A DNA stretch of 64,000 nt. It comes from an uncultured Bacteroides sp. GTDB taxonomy: Bacteria > Bacteroidota > Bacteroidia > Bacteroidales > Muribaculaceae. A program made the position numbers and the translations under genes. The stretch is from the NCBI GenBank assembly GCA_964486445.1, contig CAZAME010000002.1, forward strand, positions 897 through 64,896. The letters run 5' to 3'. Below are positions 1-10,211 of this stretch, one piece after another (position 1 is the stretch's first letter; each line of letters begins with the position of its first letter). The notes under the pieces were generated by a model that was given only the letters and a program-made list of their open reading frames with translations, searched no databases and had not been told where the DNA came from.

Positions 1-537
1 CTCAACGGCGTCATAGAGCGCATCGTTTATCTGCCCTTCGCGGAGCATTGAGTTGCGCTGCTGGAGAGCTTTGTCGTATCTGATGAGCCGCTCGAGGTAG
101 GTGGCATCGCCTTGAGAGATGACAATGTCGATGAAGCGCCGGCGTTCTTCGCCAGTGCCGCTGATAAGATCCATGTCGCGGGGCGAGATCATGACTAAAG
201 GGAGCAGGCCTATGTGCTCGCTCAACCGCTTGTATTCCTTGCCTCCACGGCGGAACGACCGGCGGCGCCCCTGCTCGATGCCGGCGGCAATGACTTCCTC
301 GGTGCCTCGGCGTGTGTAGCGCCCCTCGAGCATGGCAAAAGTGTCGCCCCGGTGTATGAGCATGGCATCCTGCACCCCCGAGAAGCTCTTGCAGAATGAC
401 AGATAATAAACGGCGTCGAGCAGATTGGTCTTACCCATGCCGTTGTCGCCGAGCAGACAGTTGAGTTTGGGCGAAAACTGCAGCTGAGCTTGTGAGATAT
501 TCTTAAAGTTGTGTATGTTAAGGCTGTGAAGAATCAT
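1..537 (-). CDS. recF: DNA replication/repair protein RecF (5' part; runs off the window)
   Basis: Not in the ORF track. My translation from the ATG at 537 gives MILHSLNIHNFKNISQAQL...LLGDNGMGKTNLLDAVYYLSFCKSF, the RecF N-terminus with its Walker A motif. The frame is open to base 1. Confidence 0.93.
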   Translation of the reverse strand, partial: MILHSLNIHNFKNISQAQLQFSPKLNCLLGDNGMGKTNLLDAVYYLSFCKSFSGVQDAMLIHRGDTFAMLEGRYTRRGTEEVIAAGIEQGRRRSFRRGGKEYKRLSEHIGLLPLVMISPRDMDLISGTGEERRRFIDIVISQGDATYLERLIRYDKALQQRNSMLREGQINDALYDAVE

Positions 538-551
538 TGTGCATTGTGCTT

Positions 552-1865
552 TTATCGGCCGATCGCCGAGTAGACAAATCCTTCGCTCTCCACTTCCTCG
601 CGATCATATATGTTGCGGCCGTCGACAATCACCGGTTTGCGCATGAGTTTGCGCATCACTGGCCACGACGGCATGCGGAAGAGCTTCCACTCTGTCATCA
701 GTGCGAGGGCGTCGGCATCGACAAGGGCGTCATACATGTCTTTTGCATACTCTACGCTGTCGCCCAGACGTCGGCGGCACTCATCCATAGCCACCGGGTC
801 GTAGACACTCACGTGTGCTCCGGCTTCAAGCAACTTATTGATTACCACCAATGCCGGTGCTTCGCGCATGTCGTCGGTCTCAGGCTTGAAAGCCAGTCCC
901 CACAAGGCTATCTTGCGGCCTGCGAGGTCGTCGCCAAGGCTGGTGAGCAGTTTGCGGTAGACAATGCCTTTCTGATGCTCGTTGGTAGCCTCCACGGCTT
1001 CTATGACACGCATAGGACAACCGTGTTCGCGGCCGGTGTGTGCCAGAGCCTTCACGTCTTTGGGAAAGCAGGAGCCACCATAGCCGCAGCCGGCATAAAG
1101 GAATTTATTGCCTATGCGGGCGTCTGTGCCGATGCCTTTGCGCACCATGTTTACGTCGGCGCCAACTTTGTCGCAAAGATTGGCGATGTCGTTCATGAAT
1201 GATATGCGTGTGGCAAGCATGGCATTGGCTGCATATTTTGTCATTTCGGCCGATGGGATGTCCATGAAGTAGACGCGGAAGTTGTTGGTGAGGAAGGGGC
1301 GGTAGAGTTTGCTCATGACTTTCTTGGCGCGCTCGCTCTCCACACCCACGACCACACGGTCGGGCGACATGAAGTCTTTGATTGCCGCACCTTCCTTGAG
1401 AAATTCGGGGTTTGATGCAACCTCGAAGTCGATATTCTGGCCTCGACGATCTAATTCCTCGAGTATTGCGGCTTTAACCTTGAGCGCGGTTCCCACCGGT
1501 ACGGTAGACTTGGTGACGAGCAAGGTATATTTATTGATGTTGCGGCCGAATTCGCGGGCAACATCAAGCACATGTGTCAGGTCGGCCGATCCGTCGTCGT
1601 CGGGCGGAGTGCCCACAGCCGAAAATACAACCTCAACATTGTCAAGACACTCAGCCAATGATGTGGTGAAGTGCAGACGGCCAGCCTGCACGTTGCGGCG
1701 TACAAGATCATCGAGTCCGGGCTCATAGATGGGGATGTCGCCCCGCAGAAGGCGCTCGATTTTGTTGCGGTCTATGTCGACGCAGGTCACGTCGACGCCC
1801 ATCTCTGAGAAGCAAGCTCCCGAGACAAGACCCACATATCCGGTTCCAACGATGGCTATATTCAT
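552..1865 (-). CDS. ugd: UDP-glucose 6-dehydrogenase
   Basis: GTGYVG Rossmann motif, KSTVP, NPEFLKEG, TKYAANA and GYGGSCFPKD catalytic motif. Confidence 0.95.
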   Translation of the reverse strand: MNIAIVGTGYVGLVSGACFSEMGVDVTCVDIDRNKIERLLRGDIPIYEPGLDDLVRRNVQAGRLHFTTSLAECLDNVEVVFSAVGTPPDDDGSADLTHVLDVAREFGRNINKYTLLVTKSTVPVGTALKVKAAILEELDRRGQNIDFEVASNPEFLKEGAAIKDFMSPDRVVVGVESERAKKVMSKLYRPFLTNNFRVYFMDIPSAEMTKYAANAMLATRISFMNDIANLCDKVGADVNMVRKGIGTDARIGNKFLYAGCGYGGSCFPKDVKALAHTGREHGCPMRVIEAVEATNEHQKGIVYRKLLTSLGDDLAGRKIALWGLAFKPETDDMREAPALVVINKLLEAGAHVSVYDPVAMDECRRRLGDSVEYAKDMYDALVDADALALMTEWKLFRMPSWPVMRKLMRKPVIVDGRNIYDREEVESEGFVYSAIGR

Positions 1866-1900
1866 ATTCAGTGATAGATTGCTGAGGTTGAAGTTCTTAT

Positions 1901-2953
1901 TTATTGGATGTGCTTTATGTATTCTTTGGCGCGCTCATATTCCTCATGCACTCCGATGTCGAGCCAATAGCCTGTCAACGGATAGCGCACGACTTTCTTG
2001 CCTTGCGAGACAAGCAGTTCGATGAAGTCAGTGGCATTGAAGAATGTGTCGGAGGGGATAAGGTTGAGCAACTCAGCGCGTATCAAGTAAATGCCTGCAT
2101 TGGCATAGTAGTTATAAGTCGGTTTTTCGAGCACGCCGCGCACATCGCGGCCATCGAGCTCAAGCACGCCGTAGGGTACTGAAAAAGAGTAGGGTATTGC
2201 TGCAACCGACATGTCGGCGTCGTGCTGCTTGAAGTGGAGATAAAAGCTCTCGTAGTTGAGATTTGTCAGTGCGTCGGAGTTTGTGAGTAATACGGTGTCG
2301 TGGGCAAATGGGGCTGCCAGTTGCAGCGAGCCGATTGTGCCGAGAAACCGTGGTTCCTCCACGCAACGCACCTGCACGCCACGGACAGGTTTGGCGAAGT
2401 GCTCTATGAGTTGCTCGCGCAGGTAGTTGACAGTGACGCTGATATCGCTTATGCCATAGTCAATGAGCGAGTCGATTATATGGTCGATGATGGCGCGACC
2501 GCCGAGAGGAAGCAGCGGTTTTGGCGTGGTGGCAGTGAGTGGGAGCAGGCGCTGGCCTTTGCCGCCGGCCATGACGACTGCATCTATGGGCAGACAGCTT
2601 TTCTGCACTTTGAGGTTTACGGCATCGATGACTCTGCGTTGGCTATCGAGCACCGGAAGGAGTTCGATGTCGAGTGGGCGCATACGGGCAATCTGCTCAA
2701 CATCTATATTGTCTTTCTCGAGAGAATGAAACCGTGTGTTGGCAACCGACATTACGGGACTGTGCAGGTCGAGCCCCTCGACAAGGCGGCGTCGGATGTC
2801 GCCGTCGGTGAGAGTGCCGAGGATGTGTCGGTCTTCATCGACAACAAACAGAGTCTGGGCTTTTGAGGCACCGAAAGTGTTGAGCACGCGCAGTGCGGTC
2901 AATACATCGGCGTGGCTGCTAATCAGGTAGGTAGAGAGTTGGGTCGGTGTCAT
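1901..2953 (-). CDS. CBS-domain sugar-phosphate nucleotidyltransferase (PtmE-like, legionaminate clusters)
   Basis: N-terminal CBS pair (GTLTDGDIRR) followed by the NTP-transferase motif MAGGKGQRLLPLT..PKPL and YWLDIG. Confidence 0.88.
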   Translation of the reverse strand: MTPTQLSTYLISSHADVLTALRVLNTFGASKAQTLFVVDEDRHILGTLTDGDIRRRLVEGLDLHSPVMSVANTRFHSLEKDNIDVEQIARMRPLDIELLPVLDSQRRVIDAVNLKVQKSCLPIDAVVMAGGKGQRLLPLTATTPKPLLPLGGRAIIDHIIDSLIDYGISDISVTVNYLREQLIEHFAKPVRGVQVRCVEEPRFLGTIGSLQLAAPFAHDTVLLTNSDALTNLNYESFYLHFKQHDADMSVAAIPYSFSVPYGVLELDGRDVRGVLEKPTYNYYANAGIYLIRAELLNLIPSDTFFNATDFIELLVSQGKKVVRYPLTGYWLDIGVHEEYERAKEYIKHIQ

Positions 2954-3969
2954 AAGACTATCTGTTGGCCTGCGTCGAAATCTTTGGTTGCAGTGAGTGT
3001 TAGGATTTTATCCCACAGCAAGGGCGAGATTCCGGAGCCCGGTCTGCGGGTAGTGATGTTTTCTTCGGTGAATGGTTCGCCTTTGGCTATGTGACGAGCA
3101 GCCACGATGCTCTTGCGAGCTACTGCGCGGTTGGCAGCCTCAGACGGGGTGACACGTTTTGTTGCTGTGCCGAGTGCCAATTCTATGTTGCGTATTGCCT
3201 CAACCATGTCTTTGAGTTGGTGTGGGAGCAATGATGCCTTGTGGTCGGGGCCAGGCAGTGAATGATCGAGAGTGAAGTGTTTCTCAATAACGGTGGCGCC
3301 GAGAGCCACAGCTGCCACGGGCACTTCTATGCCCTGAGTGTGGTCGGAGTAGCCTACAGGGAGCCTGAACCGATGGCTCATTTCAACCATAGCCCGCAGA
3401 TTTACATCAGTCATTGGAGTGGGGTACATCGTGTTGCAGTGCAATAATGTCACAAGATGCATCGGTTGGCCGGCAGCTTCAAGCACGTGTAGGGCAGCCT
3501 CTATGTCGGAGTCATCGCACATGCCGGTCGACATTATCACGCGAGCACGTTCAGCGGCAATGCGCCTCAGGTATGGCACATTGGTTATTTCGCCAGATGG
3601 TATCTTCCAGAAGTCGAGTTTCAGAGACGACAGAAATTCGGTGCTAATGTCATCGAAAGCCGTAGACATAAATTTTATGTTTCTTTTACGGCAATGATCG
3701 ATGAGTGCAAAATGGTCGTCACGGCTGAGTTGCAGGCTGCGAAGCATGTTGAGCTGACTGTCGTTGCTGCCAGTGTTGGCTTTCTGATAATCGGCCATTG
3801 CTGCGTCGGCGCCAACAAGTTTTGAGGCTTCGAAGGTCTGGAATTTCACATAGTCGGCTCCGGCGTCAGCGGCAGCATCAACAAGACGCTTTGCCATGTC
3901 AAGACTACCGCAGTGGTTTACTCCGGCTTCGGCGATGATTAAAGTATGTGTGCCAGATGGGTCGGTCAT
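2950..3969 (-). CDS. neuB: Nonulosonic acid synthase (NeuB/LegI family)
   Basis: IIAEAGVNH, VKFQ, KIPSGE, GYSDHT and IEKHFTLD motifs plus a C-terminal SAF/antifreeze-like domain. Confidence 0.92.
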   Translation of the reverse strand: MTDPSGTHTLIIAEAGVNHCGSLDMAKRLVDAAADAGADYVKFQTFEASKLVGADAAMADYQKANTGSNDSQLNMLRSLQLSRDDHFALIDHCRKRNIKFMSTAFDDISTEFLSSLKLDFWKIPSGEITNVPYLRRIAAERARVIMSTGMCDDSDIEAALHVLEAAGQPMHLVTLLHCNTMYPTPMTDVNLRAMVEMSHRFRLPVGYSDHTQGIEVPVAAVALGATVIEKHFTLDHSLPGPDHKASLLPHQLKDMVEAIRNIELALGTATKRVTPSEAANRAVARKSIVAARHIAKGEPFTEENITTRRPGSGISPLLWDKILTLTATKDFDAGQQIVL

Positions 3970-3975
3970 GTGAGA

Positions 3976-5184
3976 TTACATTTTCTGATCGAGATTTCGC
4001 CCTTTTTCTTCGTGCTCAAAGTTAGGCAGATAGTTGCGCAGAGCTTCCACAATTTCTGCTTTTGTGAAGTCGGGGCGGGCGAATATGGCTTGTAGTTCGG
4101 CGAAAAATGCGTCGATTTCAGCCGGAGTGCGGTGTGCAGATTCCTCTATTACTCCAAGACTGGTAAATCTGTCCATATCGGTCTTCTCGCCATTGACAAA
4201 GAACTCTTCATAGTCCTTCTCGCCAGTGGTGTCGCTGTTGAAGTATACCACCGGATATTTGTGTGAGTCGGCAGGCATGTCGGCCGCATAGCATCGAGCC
4301 TCTTCGTCGGTGGCGCATTCAACTTTTTCATATCCAAGGGCATCGAGGAGCCTGTCGCAAATAGTTGAAAAAGTGAGCATAGACTCACTGCCGAGTTTCG
4401 GGAAGAAAATCTCGCCGTTGCGCCCAAGAATGCAGGCAAGCAAGCATATCTCACCGCTTTCGCGCGGCGACACGAAATAGCGGCGCACATCGCGAGGGGC
4501 GGCGAGGGGCTGTTTCTTCATGAGGCGTTCAAGAAATCCGGCCGGTAGAGAGCCGTTTGAGAAAGCCACATTGGCAAATCGGGCTGTTGTGACTTTGAAT
4601 GCATCTGATGCTGCCATTATCATATCCTCCATCACACGCTTGCTTGCCCCCATGATATTCACCGGATTGGCGGCTTTGTCGGTGGACACGCAGAAGAAGT
4701 GGCGTGGCGGATATTGGCGGAGCAGTTCGAGCAGTTTTCTGGCTTTCAGCAGATTGTTCTGAAGCAATGCCTGTACCGAGTAGCGGTCTTTCTCGCTGCG
4801 CACATGCTTGTGAGCCGAGAAGTTGGCTACAATGTCAAAACCGCCTTCGTCGGCAAAGATACGCCCGGTTATGGGGTCGGCAAAATCGAGTGTATATGTG
4901 CGGTATTCATCGGGCACATACATGCCATGAGTGCTTCGCAGGTCGCGCGTAAGTTCAGCGAGACCATTTTCGTTGAGGTCAATAACCACAAGCGAAGCGG
5001 GGCGGAAGGGGAGGAGGGCGCGGATAAACGATGACCCTATGGATCCGGCACCACCGATGACAAGCACTTTGCTGCCTTCTATCTCGTGGCTGAGCGCTGC
5101 CGTGTTGTCGGCAATGTCAGCAGCAAACATACTGCCTTTGCGGCCGGTGACAGCAGTGTCTATGAATTGTTCGATATTTATCAT
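3976..5184 (-). CDS. NDP-GlcNAc 4,6-dehydratase (Polysacc_synt_2, LegB-like)
   Basis: GGAGSIG, SAHKHV, STDKAANP, MGASK and ARFANVAFSNGS motifs. Confidence 0.85.
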   Translation of the reverse strand: MINIEQFIDTAVTGRKGSMFAADIADNTAALSHEIEGSKVLVIGGAGSIGSSFIRALLPFRPASLVVIDLNENGLAELTRDLRSTHGMYVPDEYRTYTLDFADPITGRIFADEGGFDIVANFSAHKHVRSEKDRYSVQALLQNNLLKARKLLELLRQYPPRHFFCVSTDKAANPVNIMGASKRVMEDMIMAASDAFKVTTARFANVAFSNGSLPAGFLERLMKKQPLAAPRDVRRYFVSPRESGEICLLACILGRNGEIFFPKLGSESMLTFSTICDRLLDALGYEKVECATDEEARCYAADMPADSHKYPVVYFNSDTTGEKDYEEFFVNGEKTDMDRFTSLGVIEESAHRTPAEIDAFFAELQAIFARPDFTKAEIVEALRNYLPNFEHEEKGRNLDQKM

Positions 5185-5209
5185 AGCTCGAAAGCGATTT
5201 TTTCAACAA

Positions 5210-5218
5210 GCAAAGTTA
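5210..5218 (-). promoter_or_regulatory. Bacteroidetes primary-sigma -7 box for the dehydratase-neuB-ugd-recF run
   Basis: gcaaagtta on + reads TAACTTTGC on -, matching TAnnTTTG, about 25 nt upstream of the ATG. Confidence 0.6.
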
Positions 5219-5303
5219 CCAAAAAACCGCGAGATACTCCCCATAGCCGCCATAAAAACGAGCTGATGAGCTATGATTTTAACTACTGAAATTATACAGG
5301 TGA

Positions 5304-7352
5304 TTATTTGAGGCGTTTATCGATAATCGGTGAGTAGTCGAAGTGGTCGGGGATGGAGATGACAACGATATAGACACGGCCGCCGTCGACGCCGGGCCGG
5401 TCTTCGATGCGTTGTTGCATGATAATTTTGCGGGTGTTGCGCTCATTGAGCACATGTATAGTCTGGTTGACAATGCGAGTGCCCATGCCGGTGCCACGAG
5501 CCACTGCAGCGCCTTCCATGTTTCCGTTGTTAGTGACGGTGATGATGTGTCGGTCTCCGTCGCGAGTGATGTCGAGCCACAGGTGCCGCTCGCCTTTATA
5601 TCCGCGCAGGCCGTGCTTGATGGCGTTTTCTACAAATATCTCTATAAACATCGATGGGCCCATGCGACTGGTGTCGACATCGTCGGCAATGTGTTTATGG
5701 AATTGGAAACTTTCGGTATTGGCATGTTGCAGAAAATCAATGTATGTGTCAACAAAGTCAAGTTCTTCGCCGAGACTGATGACAGGGTGTTCGGCGAGCT
5801 CGAGATTGCGTCGGATCAGGCCCACAAAGCGGTCGATGCGATCATTTGACAAAGATTCGCCTTCAGCCAATGCATTGTTGATGGTGTTGAAGACGAAGTG
5901 AGGCGAAATGCGGTTGCGTGTGCTCTCGAGGCGCATAGACATGAGGGATGCACGCATTTCGTCGGCCAACTGGCGCCGGCGCAAGGTCTGATATAGCGAG
6001 AAGGCGCATAAAGCGAGCAGGGCAAACACAGCTACGGCTACTATAATCCATGTGAGTGACCGCAATTGCAGAATCTCTTCATGTTTTCGGGCGACTTCAA
6101 GATTTGAGTTCAGCACTATGGTGTCCTGCATATATCTGTATTGAAGTTCGTCGGCATACTGGCGGGTGTGCTCGTCTGTGAGGCGGGTCTCAATATCATG
6201 GAGCCGACGAGTGCTCTCGAGAGCGCGTGCATAGTTGCCATCGGCCGCATAGAGGTCGGCGAGACGGCCAAGATGAACTGCCTGATAGCGTGGAGGCATA
6301 CCGGCTGTGTCAGCACTCACGCGCTCGAGCAATTCCCTTGCCTCAGCCAGTTTGCCTTGTCGCAGGGCAAGCGCGCCTTTGAGACTCGTGAGGTAAAATA
6401 TCTGTGAGGGATCCTGCACGCCCATAGCTGCGAAGGCTTCTGTGCCTTCGTCGATGTATCGTGCAGCCGAGTCAATGTCGCCATCAAGCATGAGCGACTC
6501 ACCGAGATTTACCAAAGACATGGATGTCAGAAATGGATCGCCTGTAGAGGTGGCGATCTCCAGAGCTTGCGCAAAGTTGTCGGCAGCGTCTTTGTAGTTG
6601 CCACGGTAATACATGCTGTTGCCAAGCACAGAGTGATAGAAAAAACGTGTATAAACCGGATAGTCGGAGCGCCGCTCGCGGTGAAGTGCGAAGTATCGGT
6701 CGGCTTCGGCGTAGTTGCCCATAGCCGAGTAAACTTCGGCAAGATTTAGCATAAGCGATCGTTGACCATTGTAGCCTGTAGAGTCGGCAAGCGCCACAGC
6801 ACGGCGCAAGTGTGTGGCGGCTTCGGGAAGCTTTCCTAATGCCTGGCAAAAGTCGCCGAGAGCGACTTCGTCTTCTATAGCCAGCAGAGAGAATCCATTG
6901 GCTAATGCTGTGTTAAGTGCGGTGGTTGTGTGTTGGCATGCTTCTTCGTTATCGCCCAGCAGATTGTTGTCAACGCCAAGAGTGCGGTAATAGAATTCAC
7001 GAAACAGCGGAGGCGTGTCATCGGCGTCGGCAAACACTCTGCATTCTGTCAACAGAGAGTCGTGTGTTGTGTGATCGCCCTTTACAAGCGACGCCATTGC
7101 ATAGACGGTTTTGGCGTATGCATGGGCGTATGCCGGCCGGTCAGCGTCATTGATAATATTTTCGCACACCATAGCTACGCTGTCGGGAGTTGAGTATAGA
7201 GCTACTCCGAGCGAGCGCATAATCGAGTCGGTGATGGCGATTTCGCCATACTCTTGATGCTGATGACTGTTATCGGTGTGAGAGCATGCGGACCATACGC
7301 AAAGCAGGATCGTAGAGATAATGAATGTGTGTATCTGTCGTAGTGCTGACAT
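5304..7352 (-). CDS. TPR-containing LytS-type sensor histidine kinase
   Basis: Signal/lipoprotein-like N-terminus, TPR helices, one TM segment, RISPHFVFNTIN H-box, VENAIKHG N-box and GTGMG G-box. Confidence 0.88.
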   Translation of the reverse strand: MSALRQIHTFIISTILLCVWSACSHTDNSHQHQEYGEIAITDSIMRSLGVALYSTPDSVAMVCENIINDADRPAYAHAYAKTVYAMASLVKGDHTTHDSLLTECRVFADADDTPPLFREFYYRTLGVDNNLLGDNEEACQHTTTALNTALANGFSLLAIEDEVALGDFCQALGKLPEAATHLRRAVALADSTGYNGQRSLMLNLAEVYSAMGNYAEADRYFALHRERRSDYPVYTRFFYHSVLGNSMYYRGNYKDAADNFAQALEIATSTGDPFLTSMSLVNLGESLMLDGDIDSAARYIDEGTEAFAAMGVQDPSQIFYLTSLKGALALRQGKLAEARELLERVSADTAGMPPRYQAVHLGRLADLYAADGNYARALESTRRLHDIETRLTDEHTRQYADELQYRYMQDTIVLNSNLEVARKHEEILQLRSLTWIIVAVAVFALLALCAFSLYQTLRRRQLADEMRASLMSMRLESTRNRISPHFVFNTINNALAEGESLSNDRIDRFVGLIRRNLELAEHPVISLGEELDFVDTYIDFLQHANTESFQFHKHIADDVDTSRMGPSMFIEIFVENAIKHGLRGYKGERHLWLDITRDGDRHIITVTNNGNMEGAAVARGTGMGTRIVNQTIHVLNERNTRKIIMQQRIEDRPGVDGGRVYIVVISIPDHFDYSPIIDKRLK

Positions 7353-7542
7353 AAATGATGAATGTGTGTTATCTTATTTTCTTGACTATGTGTGTGAAAC
7401 CTGATCGGCTATTGTTTTTCACATGCAAAGATAGCACTTTTATGTCAAAAATCAACCTGTGGGGCAAATTGAACTCAATGGCCCCCTCATGTGTTATAAC
7501 TATGAAACAATAAAAAGGGATAATAATCAAAAACATAGAATT

Positions 7543-7869
7543 ATGAACAACTTCGACGAAATTATCAAAAGCTCGACTCCTACTCTGGTCGATTTCTTTG
7601 CAACCTGGTGTGGCCCATGCAAGATGCAGGCTCCTATCCTCGAACAAGTTAAAGAGAAAGTAGGCGACAAGGCCACTATCATAAAGATTGACGTAGACGC
7701 TAACCGCGAACTTGCCGCACGTTATCGCGTGCAGTCGATCCCTACGCTGATCATGTTTAAGAACGGTGAGCCGGTATGGCGTGGTGTAGGTCTTCAGCAG
7801 GCCGCAGTGCTTGAGGAGAAAATATATGACCACCAGCATACCAAAAGCGACGAAGAGTTCGGCAAATAA
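7543..7869 (+). CDS. trxA: Thioredoxin
   Basis: DFFATWCGPCK active site and SIPT motif. Start moved to the ATG at 7543 (MNNFDEII). Confidence 0.93.
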   Translation: MNNFDEIIKSSTPTLVDFFATWCGPCKMQAPILEQVKEKVGDKATIIKIDVDANRELAARYRVQSIPTLIMFKNGEPVWRGVGLQQAAVLEEKIYDHQHTKSDEEFGK

Positions 7870-7925
7870 TCAGCCTTTATGGCAGTAAGAGCCGACTAAG
7901 AAGACATATCCTGATATATGGAATA

Positions 7926-7978
7926 CACACAAAAACAAAGGGCATCCGCGCGTGCGTGATGCCCTTTGTTTTTGTGTG
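7926..7978. terminator. Bidirectional intrinsic terminator
   Basis: 21-bp perfect inverted repeat cacacaaaaacaaagggcatc / gatgccctttgtttttgtgtg between convergent genes. Confidence 0.85.
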
Positions 7979-7989
7979 ATTTGGCTCTG

Positions 7990-10170
7990 TTATTTCTCCC
8001 GGAGGACTATCGAGGCCGAGTTAAACTCATAGCTTGCGTCGGATATTGCCATCAGTGCATCCCAAGATGTGGGGGCATAGATTGAGCGTGGATAGCGCTC
8101 GGTGACGCGTACGACAACTGTGTTGTCGACGAGTTCGGCAGAACTGTTGAAGGTTGCTTCTTTGAAAATGATAGAGCGGTTGAGGTCTTCAAGGCTCTCG
8201 GGAACAAGTTCATAACCTTCGGGAATTTCAAATCTTATTGTGATGTCGAAGCGCTCGGGTGAGTCGCGCAAGATGCTCACGTCGCGCTTGCGTTGTGCTC
8301 CTTTTATCTGTTGCTGCTCAGATATGAACAGACCTAAATTCACCATAAGATTGTCTCCTGCATGTGTGACAGCATCCTGCACAGTGCCTTTGAAAGTCAC
8401 TTTTACATCAGCGCTATCCGGGGTGACTCCGTAAGAATCAACTGTGTATGATTTTAGTGCGCAGTCTTTGCCACCCCACATATTCTTGGAAATTTTTTCA
8501 GCAAACTTTTGGCGTGCTGTGATAGTGCGGAGTTCGTTATGCATATCTACCTTCATAGTCATAGGCTTGACACCGAGATATTTCTCAAGTCGGGTGATTG
8601 CCGCCTTTTCTGACACAAGGGGTGTGAGGATGCCCTTCTGCGCACCGGTGACTGTCATTTGTGTTGTTACTGAGAGCAGATCATCGGTGTCGTTATCTGT
8701 GTCGAGGGATACGTCTGAAACCAGATATACAGTATTAGCCATTGCATTCGTTGCCGGCAGATTGCCGTTGACGAGCATGGCCTGAATGTTCTCTGATTCG
8801 GGGCGGCCGTTGAACTTCCAATAGCTTTCGCGGTCGAAGCTTTCACGCATTTCTCCCGGCAGTCGCATGATATTTGTGTTGCTGAAATAGCAGCTGTCGC
8901 CAACCATGACGATGTAGTCGGGTTCGTCGAAGCGGATCATCTTGTCGATGGGCACGTTGTTGCGCGAAGATGTGACACCAACGCCGTATGGTATCTGCAC
9001 ATGAAGTTTCTCAAGCGTTTTATAATATTGTAGGGCAAAACTCAGGCCACCGTAGCGATTGCCTTGCTTGATCATCGCATATTTGAGTGCCATATACGCC
9101 AGGTCGGCAAGCTGTCGATCGCTTAATTGACCATTGGCTTTGAGCCAGTTGTTGACAATAGAGGCGGCTTCGTCGGCGCATTTGTAGTCGGGACGGAGCG
9201 ATGCCATGTATGATGCTATGTCAGACAAGAGATAGTGAGAGTTTGTGTGGCGGATGCCTCCGGGGCGCGCCGACTTGGGCACAAATTCCAATCGGGCTTT
9301 GTTGTTGAGGATGTAGAAGCGCAGGAAGGGCATCTGTCGAGCCGACTTGAAGTAAGGCATCTCCTCGTCGAGCGAGTCCATGTTTTCAAGCTCGAGGAAG
9401 AAGCGGTTTTTGCCTTCGATCATCGTGAAGCTGGTGAGCTGCGGAGCGCCGTTGTAAGCGCCGTATTCTACGGCCAGCTCAGGAGCGGTGCGGAAGTCAA
9501 TAGTGAAGTTGCGTGTGGGGTAGGATGCGAGGAAGGATACATCTATATCTTTCATTGACAATTCGTCGAGAAAATACTCGTCGTAGTAAAAGAAATCAAG
9601 AATGTCGCCGGCAAGGAGACCCGGAATAGCAATTTTATATTCAGAGTCTTTTTCGTTTTTCTTACCCTCGGTGACAGTGACAGCTTCGTTGATGTCCACT
9701 TCGTTCACTGTGCCGTCGGGCTTGATGATACGAGCGCCGAAGGCATGTTTGGTCCAGATTATGGTGAATCCGTGGAGGTCTTTTTTTTGTGGTGCGTCAA
9801 TCGAGAATTCAGTGAATTTCTCCACGGCCGAAGCATCGTTGAGTTTTATCATGTTGCGGCGGAGGTGCGTAGACTTGATGGCATTTGATGTGGCAATGCC
9901 GGCGGTGCGGAGTTTTGATGCGTCGGAACTTTGGTCGTAGTCGGCCACAAGACTGTTGTAGCGGGCTATATATACAGCCGACTGATTCTGGAATATTGAG
10001 TCCGATAGATCGGCATTGGGATTAAACTGAGGCAAATCCATTGCCCATACTTTTTGAGCGGCTTTCTTGAAAAACTTCTTGTCGATGTCGGCTCTGGCAG
10101 CAAATGTTGCTGTCAGTACCATGACAAGTGCTGCTCCCAGTCGGATACTTACATTACACAATCTTTTCAT
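7990..10170 (-). CDS. Secreted DUF3857-domain protein (transglutaminase-like, apparently non-catalytic)
   Basis: Signal peptide, DUF3857-like KIAIPGLLAGDILDFFY, C-terminal FEIPEGY segment. No GDC catalytic motif seen. Confidence 0.7.
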   Translation of the reverse strand: MKRLCNVSIRLGAALVMVLTATFAARADIDKKFFKKAAQKVWAMDLPQFNPNADLSDSIFQNQSAVYIARYNSLVADYDQSSDASKLRTAGIATSNAIKSTHLRRNMIKLNDASAVEKFTEFSIDAPQKKDLHGFTIIWTKHAFGARIIKPDGTVNEVDINEAVTVTEGKKNEKDSEYKIAIPGLLAGDILDFFYYDEYFLDELSMKDIDVSFLASYPTRNFTIDFRTAPELAVEYGAYNGAPQLTSFTMIEGKNRFFLELENMDSLDEEMPYFKSARQMPFLRFYILNNKARLEFVPKSARPGGIRHTNSHYLLSDIASYMASLRPDYKCADEAASIVNNWLKANGQLSDRQLADLAYMALKYAMIKQGNRYGGLSFALQYYKTLEKLHVQIPYGVGVTSSRNNVPIDKMIRFDEPDYIVMVGDSCYFSNTNIMRLPGEMRESFDRESYWKFNGRPESENIQAMLVNGNLPATNAMANTVYLVSDVSLDTDNDTDDLLSVTTQMTVTGAQKGILTPLVSEKAAITRLEKYLGVKPMTMKVDMHNELRTITARQKFAEKISKNMWGGKDCALKSYTVDSYGVTPDSADVKVTFKGTVQDAVTHAGDNLMVNLGLFISEQQQIKGAQRKRDVSILRDSPERFDITIRFEIPEGYELVPESLEDLNRSIIFKEATFNSSAELVDNTVVVRVTERYPRSIYAPTSWDALMAISDASYEFNSASIVLREK

Positions 10171-10211
10171 GACGGTGGATATGAGTTTGGTTTATGATTT
10201 TTCGCGGTTGA

